DNA from: Candidatus Spongiisociaceae bacterium
Lineage (GTDB): Bacteria; Actinomycetota; Acidimicrobiia; Spongiisociales; Spongiisociaceae
NCBI GenBank assembly: GCA_965243165.1
Contig: OZ251535.1
Location: forward strand, 1,281,572 to 1,345,571
DNA length: 64,000 bases
Direction: 5' to 3'
Shown: positions 1 to 9,204 of the stretch, one piece after another
Layout: each line of letters opens with the position of its first letter
Position numbering within the stretch: position 1 is the first letter of the stretch
Program-made: the position numbers and the translations under genes
Notes under the pieces: generated by a model
The model's database searches: none
Told to the model about the DNA's origin: nothing
Seen by the model: the letters and a program-made list of their open reading frames with translations, nothing else

Positions 1-246
1 GAGGAGGTGACGGCGTCGATCGGCGCCGACTACTGCCACCGGGAAGAGGTGGACATCGTGGGATCCTTCAATCAGGACATAGAGGACTGGCGCCGGGGCG
101 CGTCCCTCATCCGTTCGGGGGTCATCGCCGACGAACTCGACCGGCTCATCACCGCCCGCTACCCCTTCGGTCGGGCGGGGGAGGCCCTGTCCCTGGTCAC
201 CTCCGAGCCGACCTACCGGGTGTTCGTGGAGAACGGCGCCCCTTGA
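1..246 (+). CDS. Zn-dependent (MDR family) alcohol/polyol dehydrogenase, C-terminal fragment; gene starts upstream of the window
   Basis: ORF 7..246 translation (…VIADELDRLITARYPFGRAGEALSLVTS…) resembles the C-terminal Rossmann/dimerisation tail of sorbitol/threonine-dehydrogenase-like MDR enzymes; the frame is open to position 1. Confidence 0.55.
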   Translation, partial: EEVTASIGADYCHREEVDIVGSFNQDIEDWRRGASLIRSGVIADELDRLITARYPFGRAGEALSLVTSEPTYRVFVENGAP

Positions 247-296
247 CAGGGCCGGCGTCTGACCAAGGCCCGGGCGGAGGCGGCGAAGGAGGTCTG

Positions 297-1634
297 ATGG
301 AGGCGGACATGGAGGTGGTAGCCGGGGTGGACATCGGCAGCAGCGCCGCCCGCGCCGTCGCCGTCGACCGCAGCGGCCGGGTGGTCTCCACCGCCCGGGC
401 CGGCTACCGCCCGGTCGGCCTGCCGGCGGGCGAAGCCGATCCGGCCGTCTGGCTGGAGGGGTTGAGCGGGGCCTTCCGCCGCCTCCGATGCCGAACCCCC
501 GCCGCCCTGGGAATCGGCGGACAGAGCCCCACCACCGTGGCCTCGACCGGGCGGCGGGCCCTGACCTTCCGCCACCCCGCCGGCGCCGCCGAGGGCCCGC
601 CCGGGCAGCACCAGGCGCACGCCTCCCTGCTGCGGGAGCGGTACGGCGCCAGGGTGCGGCCCCGGCTGATGTGGGACTTCCTGATATCGAGTCTGGGCGG
701 CTACCCCTTCTTCCAGAGCGTGTGGCCGGAGTCGGCGCTGCTCGACGGGTTCGGAGACCCGATCCAGGCCGGCTCCTATGCGGGAGTGACCTCGGGGGAA
801 TACGGCATCCCGCCCGGAATCACCCTGGCCCCCGGAGACAACGACGCCTCCATGACCGCCTGGGCGGCCGCCATCGATGCGCCGGGCAAGGGTTTCGATC
901 CGGGGGGCAGGACCGGAGGCCTGGGGGTGGCGGTGGGGGCGGGCGAAGACGGAGAGCCCCCCGAATACGGATTGGCCTGCCACGTCCCCGGCGTCTACAT
1001 CGTGGGGGGGCCGGCGGCTTCCCACGGCGCGATCCTGGACTGGTGGGCGGGGGTAACCGGCCGGTCCATCCCCGACCTGATCGAAGAAGCCGCATCGGTC
1101 GAGCCGGGGGCGGGCGGGGTGATGGTGCTGCCCTTCCTGGAGGGTGAGCGGGCGCCCAGATGGAATCAGAGCCTGCGGGCGGAGATCTTGGGGCTGGGGT
1201 TGGATGCGGGCGCCGGGGCCGTAACCCGGGCGATCCTCGAAGCCGCCGCCTACGGGCTGGCCCACATCGCCCGCGGCCTGGCCGCCCAAGGCGTCGAGCT
1301 GCACCGGGTGGTCTGCTGCGGCGGCCCCTCCCGCAGCTCCCTGTGGACTTCCATCAAGGCTTCGGCCCTGGGGGTGCCTTTCGACGTGCCCGCCTGCCGG
1401 GAGATGGCGGCCTACGGAGCGGCGCTGGCGGCCGGCGCCGCGGTCGGATGGTGGCCCCGGCCGGGGGAGGGGGGGAAGGGCGGATGGCCCTCGCCGCCGG
1501 TAACCGCCTGCGAACCCGACCCCGACCTGTACGCCTTCTACCTGGACCAGGCGGAGATGTTCATCGCCCTGGGAGACGAAGCAGAGGCGCGTCTGGAGAC
1601 GGGTACGATTCGCCGGCGGCTGGGAAAGAAATAA
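297..1634 (+). CDS. FGGY-family carbohydrate kinase (xylulokinase/ribulokinase-like)
   Basis: N-terminal VAGVDIGSSAARAVAVD (FGGY N-domain) and C-terminal GGGPSRSSLWTSIKASALGVPFDV…AYGAALAAG (FGGY C-domain); ATG at 297 is preceded by GAAGGAGG. Confidence 0.8.
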   Translation: MEADMEVVAGVDIGSSAARAVAVDRSGRVVSTARAGYRPVGLPAGEADPAVWLEGLSGAFRRLRCRTPAALGIGGQSPTTVASTGRRALTFRHPAGAAEGPPGQHQAHASLLRERYGARVRPRLMWDFLISSLGGYPFFQSVWPESALLDGFGDPIQAGSYAGVTSGEYGIPPGITLAPGDNDASMTAWAAAIDAPGKGFDPGGRTGGLGVAVGAGEDGEPPEYGLACHVPGVYIVGGPAASHGAILDWWAGVTGRSIPDLIEEAASVEPGAGGVMVLPFLEGERAPRWNQSLRAEILGLGLDAGAGAVTRAILEAAAYGLAHIARGLAAQGVELHRVVCCGGPSRSSLWTSIKASALGVPFDVPACREMAAYGAALAAGAAVGWWPRPGEGGKGGWPSPPVTACEPDPDLYAFYLDQAEMFIALGDEAEARLETGTIRRRLGKK

Positions 1635-1731
1635 CAGAGGAAGAAATAGCAGAGGGGTGCGAACGAACAGGCGCAGCCGGGCGGGCTGAAGACCGCCGCG
1701 GCGGACGAAACCGGCAAGGAGACCGTACAGA

Positions 1732-2517
1732 ATGAAACAGATTTCCTCGGCAGTGGGGGCGGCCAAGACCCGGCGCGCCTCCCGGTTCATGGGCAAGGAC
1801 GGGCGGGCTTTCCTGGTCGCCATCGACATGCAGTCCTCCTCGGGCGCCGGTCCGGACCTCGACGTGGTGGAGCGGGTGGCAGACGGAGGGCCGGACGGCA
1901 TCCTCTCCACCTGGCAGATCGCCCGCCGCTACCCGGAGGCTTTCGCCCGCTGCGGCCTGGTGCTGCGGGTGGACGGCGGGGTCACCCAGATGGGCAGCTA
2001 CGGCGCGGGCGACACCTTCGCCCTCCTGTACGGGGCGGAGCAGGCGGCCATCATCGGCGCCGATGCGGTGGTGCTGATGGTCTACCCCGGCTTCGACGAC
2101 GAGGGGCCCTCGCTGCGGCGCCTGACGGCGCTGGTCGGCGAATGCGAGAAGATCGGGATGCCGGTGATCGCCGAGTCCATCCCCGGCGGCTGGGGCCGAG
2201 ACGTGCCCTGGGACGCCGAGAACATCAGCCGGGGGGCTCGAGTTTGCGTGGAGCTGGGCGCCGACGCCATAAAGACCATGGCCCCGCCCGACCTCGACGA
2301 CCTCCCCGAAGCGGCGGCCAACTGCGAGGCCCCCATCTTCGTGCTGGGCGGCCCCAAGCGGGACAGCGAGGACGAAGCGGTCGAATACGCCCGCCGGGTG
2401 GTGGAGATGGGGGCTTCGGGGATCGCCTTCGGACGCAACACCTGGAGCGCCGCCGACCCCGCCGAGATGGTGCGCCGCCTCTACGAAGCGGTGCATGGCC
2501 GCCCCCGCGGCAACTGA
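1732..2517 (+). CDS. DhnA/DeoC(LacD)-family class I aldolase (FbaB/LsrF-like TIM-barrel aldolase)
   Basis: 261 aa; pattern LVAIDMQSS…LRVDGG…VVLMVYPGFDDE…ADAIKTM…FVLGGPK is typical of the DhnA-type aldolase family; RBS AAGGAGA upstream of ATG 1732. Confidence 0.65.
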   Translation: MKQISSAVGAAKTRRASRFMGKDGRAFLVAIDMQSSSGAGPDLDVVERVADGGPDGILSTWQIARRYPEAFARCGLVLRVDGGVTQMGSYGAGDTFALLYGAEQAAIIGADAVVLMVYPGFDDEGPSLRRLTALVGECEKIGMPVIAESIPGGWGRDVPWDAENISRGARVCVELGADAIKTMAPPDLDDLPEAAANCEAPIFVLGGPKRDSEDEAVEYARRVVEMGASGIAFGRNTWSAADPAEMVRRLYEAVHGRPRGN

Positions 2518-2691
2518 CCGAAGCACCAACAGAAAGCACACAGACGACCGGAAAAAGCACGGAACAGGGAGGAAAGCTAGCCTCGGAAAGGGTATTTCGG
2601 CCCGGCGGCGGGCCCCGAACAGGGCCGGCGGGGGGAACGTAGACATCAGGAGAGAAGCCCCGGTGCGGGCTTCGACGGGAGGTAAGGACCG

Positions 2692-3930
2692 ATGAGACAC
2701 AAGCCCATGAAGTTCCTGGCCGCGTTGGCGGCGCTTGCTCTGGCTGCGGCCGCCTGCGGCGGCGGCTCCGAACCGGATACCACCGCGGCGGCCGCGCCGA
2801 CCACTACCGCCGCTGCGCCCACCACTACCGAGGCTGCCCCGGCCACTACCGCCGCTGCGCCGGCAACTACGGAGGCTGCCCCGGCCACTACCGAGGCTGC
2901 TCCGGCAACCACCGAGGCTGCTCCGCCCGACTGGGGGGCGGCCGACTTCAACGGCGACGGCGCGGTGCGGCTGGCGGTCATCATGGACGGCCCCCGCGAC
3001 GACGGCGCCTACTACCAGGCTCTCGTGGAGCAGGTGGAGGAGATCTCCCGGGACGGAGGTTACGAAGACCCGCTGGTGGTCGACCAGGTCGACCCGGCCG
3101 AATCCCGCAGCGAGCTGGAGAACCTGGTTGCCCAGAGCGTGGACGTAGTGGCCATCGGGTCGAGCTCGCTGGCCGACGGCAACCACGACCTCTTCTTGGA
3201 ACACGAGGAGATATTCTGGTACTGCAACTGCGGCTCCGGCTATCAGGACACCGAGGGCCTGCTCCGCAGCGCCGACAGCGGGGTGGAGCTGAACATCTCC
3301 GGCGGTTACGCCACCGGCCTGCTGATGCAGGAACGGGGCGGCACCAGCGCCGTGTTCATCGGATGTTGCGAGCTCAACTTCGAGGTCGAGTCCTTCCTGG
3401 CCTTCGAGTACGGCCTCAAGCTGGTGGACGAGTCGTTCGAGGCCACCTACGTGCCCACCGGGAACTTCCCGTTCGACTTCAACAACACGGCCGGCGCCAC
3501 CGAGGCCTACAACAACGCGGTGGCCGAGGGCGCATCGGCGGTGTATCCGTTCCTGGGCGGCGCCCACGAGCCGATCGTCGCCCTCGCCAACGAGGACGGT
3601 TTGATCGTCATGACCGCCGGGCCGTCCAACGGCTGCGAGCGCACCGACCTGGACTACGACCTCGAGATCAAGTTCGACGCCGGCGACTACCTGGAGCCGA
3701 TCTTCACCGAGATACTCAACGGTACTGCCGAGGAGGCGGTGATGGTGGATGGTGAGTTGGCGGGCGGCATCCGCTATTTCAAGGTGGGGGTCGACCCCGA
3801 GGTGGGCGCCGAGTTCTGCGGCGCATCCGACGAGCAGGTGCAGATGCTGGCCGATCTGAACGCCCGCATCGGCGCCGACGAGTTCGCCGAGAAGACCTAC
3901 GAGATCTTGTCCACTGCTTACGGCTTCTAA
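2692..3930 (+). CDS. ABC transporter substrate-binding lipoprotein, BMP (basic membrane protein/PnrA-like) family, with Thr/Ala/Pro-rich N-terminal linker
   Basis: Signal peptide plus lipobox (LAAAACGG); repeated APATTEAAPATT linker; globular domain with BMP-like motifs; immediately followed by matching two-domain ATPase and two permeases. Confidence 0.65.
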   Translation: MRHKPMKFLAALAALALAAAACGGGSEPDTTAAAAPTTTAAAPTTTEAAPATTAAAPATTEAAPATTEAAPATTEAAPPDWGAADFNGDGAVRLAVIMDGPRDDGAYYQALVEQVEEISRDGGYEDPLVVDQVDPAESRSELENLVAQSVDVVAIGSSSLADGNHDLFLEHEEIFWYCNCGSGYQDTEGLLRSADSGVELNISGGYATGLLMQERGGTSAVFIGCCELNFEVESFLAFEYGLKLVDESFEATYVPTGNFPFDFNNTAGATEAYNNAVAEGASAVYPFLGGAHEPIVALANEDGLIVMTAGPSNGCERTDLDYDLEIKFDAGDYLEPIFTEILNGTAEEAVMVDGELAGGIRYFKVGVDPEVGAEFCGASDEQVQMLADLNARIGADEFAEKTYEILSTAYGF

Positions 3931-4505
3931 AGAAGACGAGCGGATAGGCGGAGAGGATAGAAGTTGCCGGCAGACGGCGGGTCGCCCGCCGGGGGTTTCG
4001 CTGTGAGCCAACGCACCCGAACAACCCGGCCGGCCCCTGTCCGCTCGTCCTCCGGCCAGGGCCGGCGGAGGCCGCACTTCCATCCGGCCGCCGAAATCTG
4101 TCACACCCCCCTGATACCTTGGGGCGGTACAGAAACCGCAGCCGGTCCGGATGCTGCGGTCATACAGAGGCCGCTCCGCCCAGGGCCGAGGCTCCAAGGG
4201 CGGGGCGGCCGACCTGGCTGTGCTGAGACGGATCGGGCGCAGGGGGCCGCAGCACGCCCTCTGTGTCCGAAGACGGTGGTTCGGTGGCGGCGGGGGCGGG
4301 GCCCGGCGAAGCCGGGGCGGGGGGCGGAGAACGCGAAAAACCGAAAAGCGGTGTGCTGTTGGGGCTTGGTTCGGTTTGAGAAGACGAGCTGACAGGCAGA
4401 GGGGATAGCGGTTGGTGCTGGTCGGCGGGTTGTCTGCCGGGGGCTTCGCCGTGAGGCCAAGGCATCCGAACAACCTGGCCGGCTCTGTCCGCTCGTCTTC
4501 TGAGG
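3931..4505. repeat. Composite MITE-like repeat cluster (S unit, L unit, S unit) in the intergenic region
   Basis: The ~115 bp S unit has terminal inverted repeats GAAGACGAGCGGATAGG … CCTGTCCGCTCGTCCTC. The ~300 bp L unit (CACCCCCTGATACCTTGGGGCGGTACAGAAACCGCAGCC…GGAGAACGCGAAAAAC) recurs at five other loci in the window in both orientations. Confidence 0.75.
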
Positions 4506-4632
4506 CCGGGTTCTTGGTTGGGAGCGGCCCGCCCCGCCCCCGCCTCGGCCGGCCTCGCGCCGGGCGCCGCCGTTCTGGGCGGGTGGAATCCGCGGATGCC
4601 GTCTCGGGGCGGGGCCCATCGAGGAGCAACAG

Positions 4633-6207
4633 ATGACGGCCGGCGGCGGGGCGGGCGCACCGGCGCTCGAAGTAGTCGGGATGACCAAGCGCTTCGGGCA
4701 GGTAACGGCCTGCGACGAGGTGGACTTCACGCTTCGCCGGGGCGAGATACACGGCGTCCTCGGCGAGAACGGCGCCGGCAAGTCCACCCTGATGCGGGTG
4801 ATCTTCGGCTTGACCCTGGCAGACGAGGGCCTGCTGAAGCTCGACGGACAGCCCGTCCGCATCCTCGACCCCCTGGAGGCGGGGCGGCTCGGCATCGGCA
4901 TGGTGCATCAGCACTACAGCCTGGTGGACGCGCTCACCGTGTGGGAGAACGCGGCGCTGGGGGAGCAGGGCCGCCTCGATCCGGCCGCCACCCGCCGGCG
5001 CATCGCCGAGATATCGGAGAAGTACGGCCTAGAGGTGGACCCCGGCGCCCGGGTGCGCGACCTGCCGGCCGGCATCCGCCAGCGGGTGGAGATAATCAAA
5101 TGCCTGCGCCGCGAGCCGCGCATCATCATCCTCGACGAGCCGACCTCGGTGCTGACCCCCTCCGAGTCGGAGCAACTGTTCGACGTGCTCGCCGAAGGGG
5201 TGAAGAGCGAGCAGTGGGCGGTGGCGCTGGTGAGCCACAAGCTCGACGAGATCCTGCGGGCCACCGACCGGATCACGGTCATGCGGCGGGGGCGGGTGGC
5301 GGCGCGGTATCCGACCGCCCGCGCCGACGCTCCTTCCCTGGCCCGGGCGATGGTGGGCCGCCCGGTGGCGCTGCGGGCGGTAACCGCCGGCCTGGACGCC
5401 GCCCCCGGCCGGGCGGACGGCGGCGCGGGGCCGGATTTCGAGGGCGCCCCGCCGGTGCTGCGGATCGAGGGGGCGTCGGTGAAGGCGGGGGACGGCGCCA
5501 TGCTGTTGGACGGCCTGTCGCTGGAGGTGCGGGCGGGGGAGATCGTGGGGATGGTGGGGGTGGAGGGCAACGGCCAGACCGCCTTGGCCGACGTGATGTC
5601 CAGCCTGCGGGAACTGGACGAGGGCCGGGTGGAGGTGGAAGGCCGGCCGGTCCCCGCCGGCGCGGCGGGCGCCATGGCCAAAGCCGGGGTGTCGGTCATC
5701 CCCGCCGACCGCCATTCGTCGGGGTGTGTGCTGGGCATGACGGTGGCCGAGAACCTGATGCTCTCCCTGATGGACCGCATGCAAAGCCGGGGGCTGCTGC
5801 GGCGGGGCGCCATCCGCCGCAACGCCCTGGAATTGGTGGAGGAGTACGGCATCCTCACGCCCGGCCCGGATGCGCCGCTGGCCAACCTGTCGGGCGGCAA
5901 CCAGCAGCGGGTGGTGCTGGCGCGCGCCCTCTCCGCCGGCCCCAAGGTCCTGGTGGCGCATCAGCCCACCCGGGGCCTCGACGTGGGCGCCATCGAATAC
6001 GTGGGCGACCGGCTGCGCCGCGCCGCCGACGCCGGGCTGGGGGTGTTGCTCATCTCCTCCGACCTGGGGGAGATCTTCGCCTTGGCAGACCGCATCGCCG
6101 TCATCTACCGGGGGCGCATCGCCGGCGAGATGCCCCGCTCCCAACTCGACCTGGAACGCCTGGGGCTGTTGATGGGAGGGGCCGGCGCCGAGGAGGAGGC
6201 GGCGTGA
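4633..6207 (+). CDS. ABC transporter ATP-binding protein with two tandem ABC domains (sugar/nucleoside CUT2-like type)
   Basis: Walker A GENGAGKST, signature and Walker B in the first half; second ABC domain (LSGGNQQRVVLARAL…) in the second half; RBS GAGGAG before ATG 4633. Confidence 0.85.
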   Translation: MTAGGGAGAPALEVVGMTKRFGQVTACDEVDFTLRRGEIHGVLGENGAGKSTLMRVIFGLTLADEGLLKLDGQPVRILDPLEAGRLGIGMVHQHYSLVDALTVWENAALGEQGRLDPAATRRRIAEISEKYGLEVDPGARVRDLPAGIRQRVEIIKCLRREPRIIILDEPTSVLTPSESEQLFDVLAEGVKSEQWAVALVSHKLDEILRATDRITVMRRGRVAARYPTARADAPSLARAMVGRPVALRAVTAGLDAAPGRADGGAGPDFEGAPPVLRIEGASVKAGDGAMLLDGLSLEVRAGEIVGMVGVEGNGQTALADVMSSLRELDEGRVEVEGRPVPAGAAGAMAKAGVSVIPADRHSSGCVLGMTVAENLMLSLMDRMQSRGLLRRGAIRRNALELVEEYGILTPGPDAPLANLSGGNQQRVVLARALSAGPKVLVAHQPTRGLDVGAIEYVGDRLRRAADAGLGVLLISSDLGEIFALADRIAVIYRGRIAGEMPRSQLDLERLGLLMGGAGAEEEAA

Positions 6208-7331
6208 TCCCCGGCGCCCCCCCGCCGCCCGGCGGTTCGGCGGGGGGTTGGCGCGGACGGGCCGAGACGGCCCTGCTGTACCTGCTCAGCATCGGGGGGA
6301 CGCTGCTGATATCGGGCGGCCTGGTGGCCGTTACCGGCAACTCTTGGACGCAGGTGTTGGGCGCTCTGCTGAACGGCGCCTTCCTCGCCCCGGGACGGTG
6401 GGGGAACACCCTGGCGGTGGCGGCGCCCATGCTGCTGGTGGCGCTGGGAATGGTGATCGGGGTCAAGTCCGGAATATTCAACATCGGCCAGGAAGGCCAG
6501 CTGCTGATGGGGGCGATGGCGATGGCGTATGCGGGCACCAAGCTGGCCGGGCCGGGGCCGCTGCTGCTGGCGGGGGGGCTGATCCTCGGAACCCTGGCCG
6601 GGGGGCTGTTCGCCGCCCTGGCGGCGGTGATGCGGTTCCGCCGGGGGGTGCCTGAGGTGATCTCCACCCTGCTGCTGGTGTTCATCGCCTTCCAGATCAA
6701 CGGTTTCGCCATCACCACCGACTGGTTGCTGCGCGACCTCGACCCCAACCGGCCCAGCCGGGCGGTAACCAGCGCCCAGCTGCCGGACGCCGTCCATCTG
6801 CCGGTGATCACCCTGTTCGGCAACGAGTTCCATCTCGGGCTGGTGTTCGCCTTGGCCGCGGCGGTGGCGGCGGCGTTCCTGATGGCGCGCACCTCGATCG
6901 GCTTCAAGCTGCGCCTGCTGGGCAGCAGCCCCCAAGCAGCCCAGAACGCGGGGGTGGCGGTGACCCGATGGGGGAGCGCGGCGCTGTTCGCCTCGGGGGC
7001 GATGGCCGGCTTCGCCGGGGCGGTGATGTTGGCGGGGGGCGCTTCTAGTTCCCGTCTGACCAGCGGGTTCGCCGCCAACTTCGGATGGCAGGGGCTGCTG
7101 GTGGCGCTGCTGGCCCAGAGCCGCCCGTTGCTATGCATTCCCATGGCGGTCGTGTTCGCCGGCCTCCGCACCGGGTCGGGTTTCCTGGCCGCCACCGGCG
7201 TGGACCGCAAGATCGTGGACGTGATCCAGGCGCTGCTGGTGCTGGCGCTGCTGATTCCCCCGGCGGTGCAGTTCATCCGCGACCGGCGCAAGGCCATGGC
7301 AGGCGCCGGCGCCGAGCCGAAGGCGGGCTGA
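6204..7331 (+). CDS. ABC transporter permease (first of two; BMP/nucleoside-sugar type)
   Basis: GTG at 6204 overlaps the ATPase stop (GTGA). Multi-TM hydrophobic protein. It corresponds to the C-terminal in-frame part of ORF 4518..7331, whose N-terminal part is a spurious alternative-frame read-through of the ATPase gene. Confidence 0.75.
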   Translation: MIPGAPPPPGGSAGGWRGRAETALLYLLSIGGTLLISGGLVAVTGNSWTQVLGALLNGAFLAPGRWGNTLAVAAPMLLVALGMVIGVKSGIFNIGQEGQLLMGAMAMAYAGTKLAGPGPLLLAGGLILGTLAGGLFAALAAVMRFRRGVPEVISTLLLVFIAFQINGFAITTDWLLRDLDPNRPSRAVTSAQLPDAVHLPVITLFGNEFHLGLVFALAAAVAAAFLMARTSIGFKLRLLGSSPQAAQNAGVAVTRWGSAALFASGAMAGFAGAVMLAGGASSSRLTSGFAANFGWQGLLVALLAQSRPLLCIPMAVVFAGLRTGSGFLAATGVDRKIVDVIQALLVLALLIPPAVQFIRDRRKAMAGAGAEPKAG

Positions 7332-8266
7332 TGGGCGGCGTGCTGTCCGCGCTGGCGGACATCTTCAGCAGCCCCACCATGTACGGGAGCGCGGTGCGCC
7401 TGGGCGGCTTCCTGGCCTTCGCGGCGCTGGGCGAGCTGGTGGCGGAGAAGGCGGGAACCATCAACATATCGGTGGAGGGGTCGCTCTTGGCGGGGGCCTT
7501 CGGGGGGGCGGTCGCCTACCATCTGACCGGGTCCACCTGGGCGGGGCTGGCGGCTGGGGCGGCCGCCGGGGTTGCGGTCGCCCTGATCCAGGCCAACATG
7601 AGCCACCGCCTGACCGCCGACCAGTTCGTGGTGGGCCTCACCGCCAACGTGCTGGTCCTGGGCCTGGCCGGATACCTGGACGCCCTCATCGATCCGATCT
7701 CCAAGCGGGCGGCGGTCATCGAGATACCGCTGCTCTCGGACATTCCGCTCATCGGCCCGGCCCTGTTCGGCCAGACCTGGCCCACCTACCTGCTGTATCC
7801 GCTGTTCCCTCTCACCTGGTGGCTGCTGCACCGCACCCGTTGGGGCTTGGAGGTGCGCTCGGTGGGCGAAAACCCCCAGGCCAGCGACGTTTCCGGCATC
7901 GACGTGAACAAACGCCGCCGCCAGGCCGTCTACTACGGCGGGGTGCTGGCGGGGCTGGGGGGGGCGTTCCTGGTGCTCGGCCAGGTGGGGAGCTTCGACA
8001 CCGGAGCGGTGGGCGGCCGGGGCTTCATCGCCATCGCCGCCGTCTACTTCGGCGGCTGGACTCTCCGGGGCGCCCTGCTGGGGGCGCTCCTGTTCGGCCT
8101 GGCCGACGCCTTCCGCCTGGCGGTGCCGGTGCTCGGCTACCAGCTCAACGCCCAACTCCTGGCCGCCCTCCCCTATGTCCTGACCATCGCCGTCATGTAC
8201 TTCATCACCAAACCCTTCCGCCAACCTGCCGCCCTGGCCCACCCCTTCATCCGCGGCCTCCGATGA
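7331..8266 (+). CDS. ABC transporter permease (second of two)
   Basis: ATG 7331 overlaps the upstream stop (ATGA coupling); hydrophobic; motif RWGLEVRSVGENPQASDVSGIDV typical of the cytoplasmic loop of CUT2/BMP-type permeases. Confidence 0.75.
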   Translation: MGGVLSALADIFSSPTMYGSAVRLGGFLAFAALGELVAEKAGTINISVEGSLLAGAFGGAVAYHLTGSTWAGLAAGAAAGVAVALIQANMSHRLTADQFVVGLTANVLVLGLAGYLDALIDPISKRAAVIEIPLLSDIPLIGPALFGQTWPTYLLYPLFPLTWWLLHRTRWGLEVRSVGENPQASDVSGIDVNKRRRQAVYYGGVLAGLGGAFLVLGQVGSFDTGAVGGRGFIAIAAVYFGGWTLRGALLGALLFGLADAFRLAVPVLGYQLNAQLLAALPYVLTIAVMYFITKPFRQPAALAHPFIRGLR

Positions 8267-8330
8267 GCTCCGGCTGCTCCGCGTTCGCATCCTGCTTGGA
8301 CAGCGCGGCTGTCTTCTGGGTGATGACGGC

Positions 8331-9053
8331 ATGATATTTTCATATCACCCGCAGATCATCGAGCGGTATCCGACCATCCGGGCGGGGGTGGTGTATGCGG
8401 CGGGGTTGGTGAACGGCCCCAGCCCGGAGGGGTTGTTGGAGGAATACCGTGCTCAGCAGCGTGCGTCCGCGGCCGAGCTGGCGGGGAGGTCGTTGGCGGA
8501 TATTCCTTCTCTCGGGGCTTGGCGGAGGGTGTTCTCCAGCTTCGGAGTGAAACCCACGCAGTACCGTTCGGCGGCCGAGGCGCTCCTCCGGCGGCTGTCC
8601 AAACACGGGGATATCCCGTCCATCAACTCGGCGGTGGACATCGCCAACCTGGTGTCGATCCGACGGCGGCTTCCGGTTGCGGCCATGGATCAGGCGTCGG
8701 TGGACGGATCGACGACGGTGCGCTTCGCCGAGGGAGGCGAGCAGTTCACCGGCCTGGGGAGCCGCCGGACAGCGGCGCCGCCGCCCGGCGAGGTGATCTT
8801 CGCGGACGAGGCCGGGGTGGTGAGCGCCCGCCGCTGGTGCTGGCGGCAGAGCGCCCAGAGCGCGGCCGGGCCTGACACCGCCGTTGCCCTGTACACGGTG
8901 GAAGGCCACCACCCAGACGCCGAAGCAGAGACCGCCTCGGCCCTCGACGACTTGATCCGATTGCTCGAGAAACACCAACCCGGGGCCCGGTTGGAATCAG
9001 CCTTGCTCTCGCCGGACAACCCCGGTTTCACCCCTCGGCGGCCCGCCCGGTAA
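8331..9053 (+). CDS. B3/4 (Phe-tRNA-synthetase-beta-like tRNA-binding) domain protein
   Basis: 240 aa with PTQYRSAAEALLRRL…PSINSAVDIANLVS pattern reminiscent of COG3382 B3/4-domain proteins. Its last ~60 bp are duplicated upstream of giant-gene copy 2. Confidence 0.45.
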   Translation: MIFSYHPQIIERYPTIRAGVVYAAGLVNGPSPEGLLEEYRAQQRASAAELAGRSLADIPSLGAWRRVFSSFGVKPTQYRSAAEALLRRLSKHGDIPSINSAVDIANLVSIRRRLPVAAMDQASVDGSTTVRFAEGGEQFTGLGSRRTAAPPPGEVIFADEAGVVSARRWCWRQSAQSAAGPDTAVALYTVEGHHPDAEAETASALDDLIRLLEKHQPGARLESALLSPDNPGFTPRRPAR

Positions 9054-9111
9054 GGCTGGGAGGTTGCCCGCGCCGGCGCGGCGGGCTTGTCTGGCGGCTT
9101 TTCGGTTGTGC

Positions 9112-9140
9112 TTGATTTTCTCGGGGGGGGGGGGTAGTAT
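9112..9140 (+). promoter_or_regulatory. Putative sigma70-type promoter of giant gene 1: TTGATT - 17 nt spacer ending in a 12-G homopolymer - TAGTAT
   Basis: -35 TTGATT 9112-9117; G12 at 9123-9134; -10 TAGTAT 9135-9140. The same architecture is conserved before all four paralogs. Confidence 0.55.
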
Positions 9141-9204
9141 TGTGGTTGTTGACCGTTGTCCCCTTGCTTCGGTGAGGGGTTGGCTTGATGGAGGAGGTGG
9201 CCTG

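Noticed and set aside
213-1910. 565-aa minus-strand ORF antisense to the FGGY kinase (and nested ORFs 488..1147, 1160..1735)
   Set aside because: Low-complexity Arg/Gly/Pro translation; overlaps a kinase gene with clear motifs on the other strand
3964-4901. ORFs inside MITE clusters (3964..4392, 4101..4901, 36785..37600, 39644..40243, 45940..46449, 53178..53630, etc.)
   Set aside because: They translate repeat-element DNA on both strands into Arg/Gly/Pro-rich peptides and recur wherever the repeat recurs; no coding signal
1561-4914. 1117-aa minus-strand ORF spanning the aldolase and binding-protein genes and the MITE cluster
   Set aside because: Antisense to well-supported genes; Arg/Pro/Gly-rich low-complexity translation typical of open frames in 70% GC DNA; no RBS or start context
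4518-7331. 937-aa plus-strand ORF appearing to fuse an unknown N-terminal region with the permease
   Set aside because: Its first ~560 codons are an alternative frame across the ABC ATPase gene (RGG-rich garbage); only the part from GTG 6204 is a genuine permease
6101-8332. 743-aa minus-strand ORF antisense to both permeases
   Set aside because: GC-rich antisense artefact
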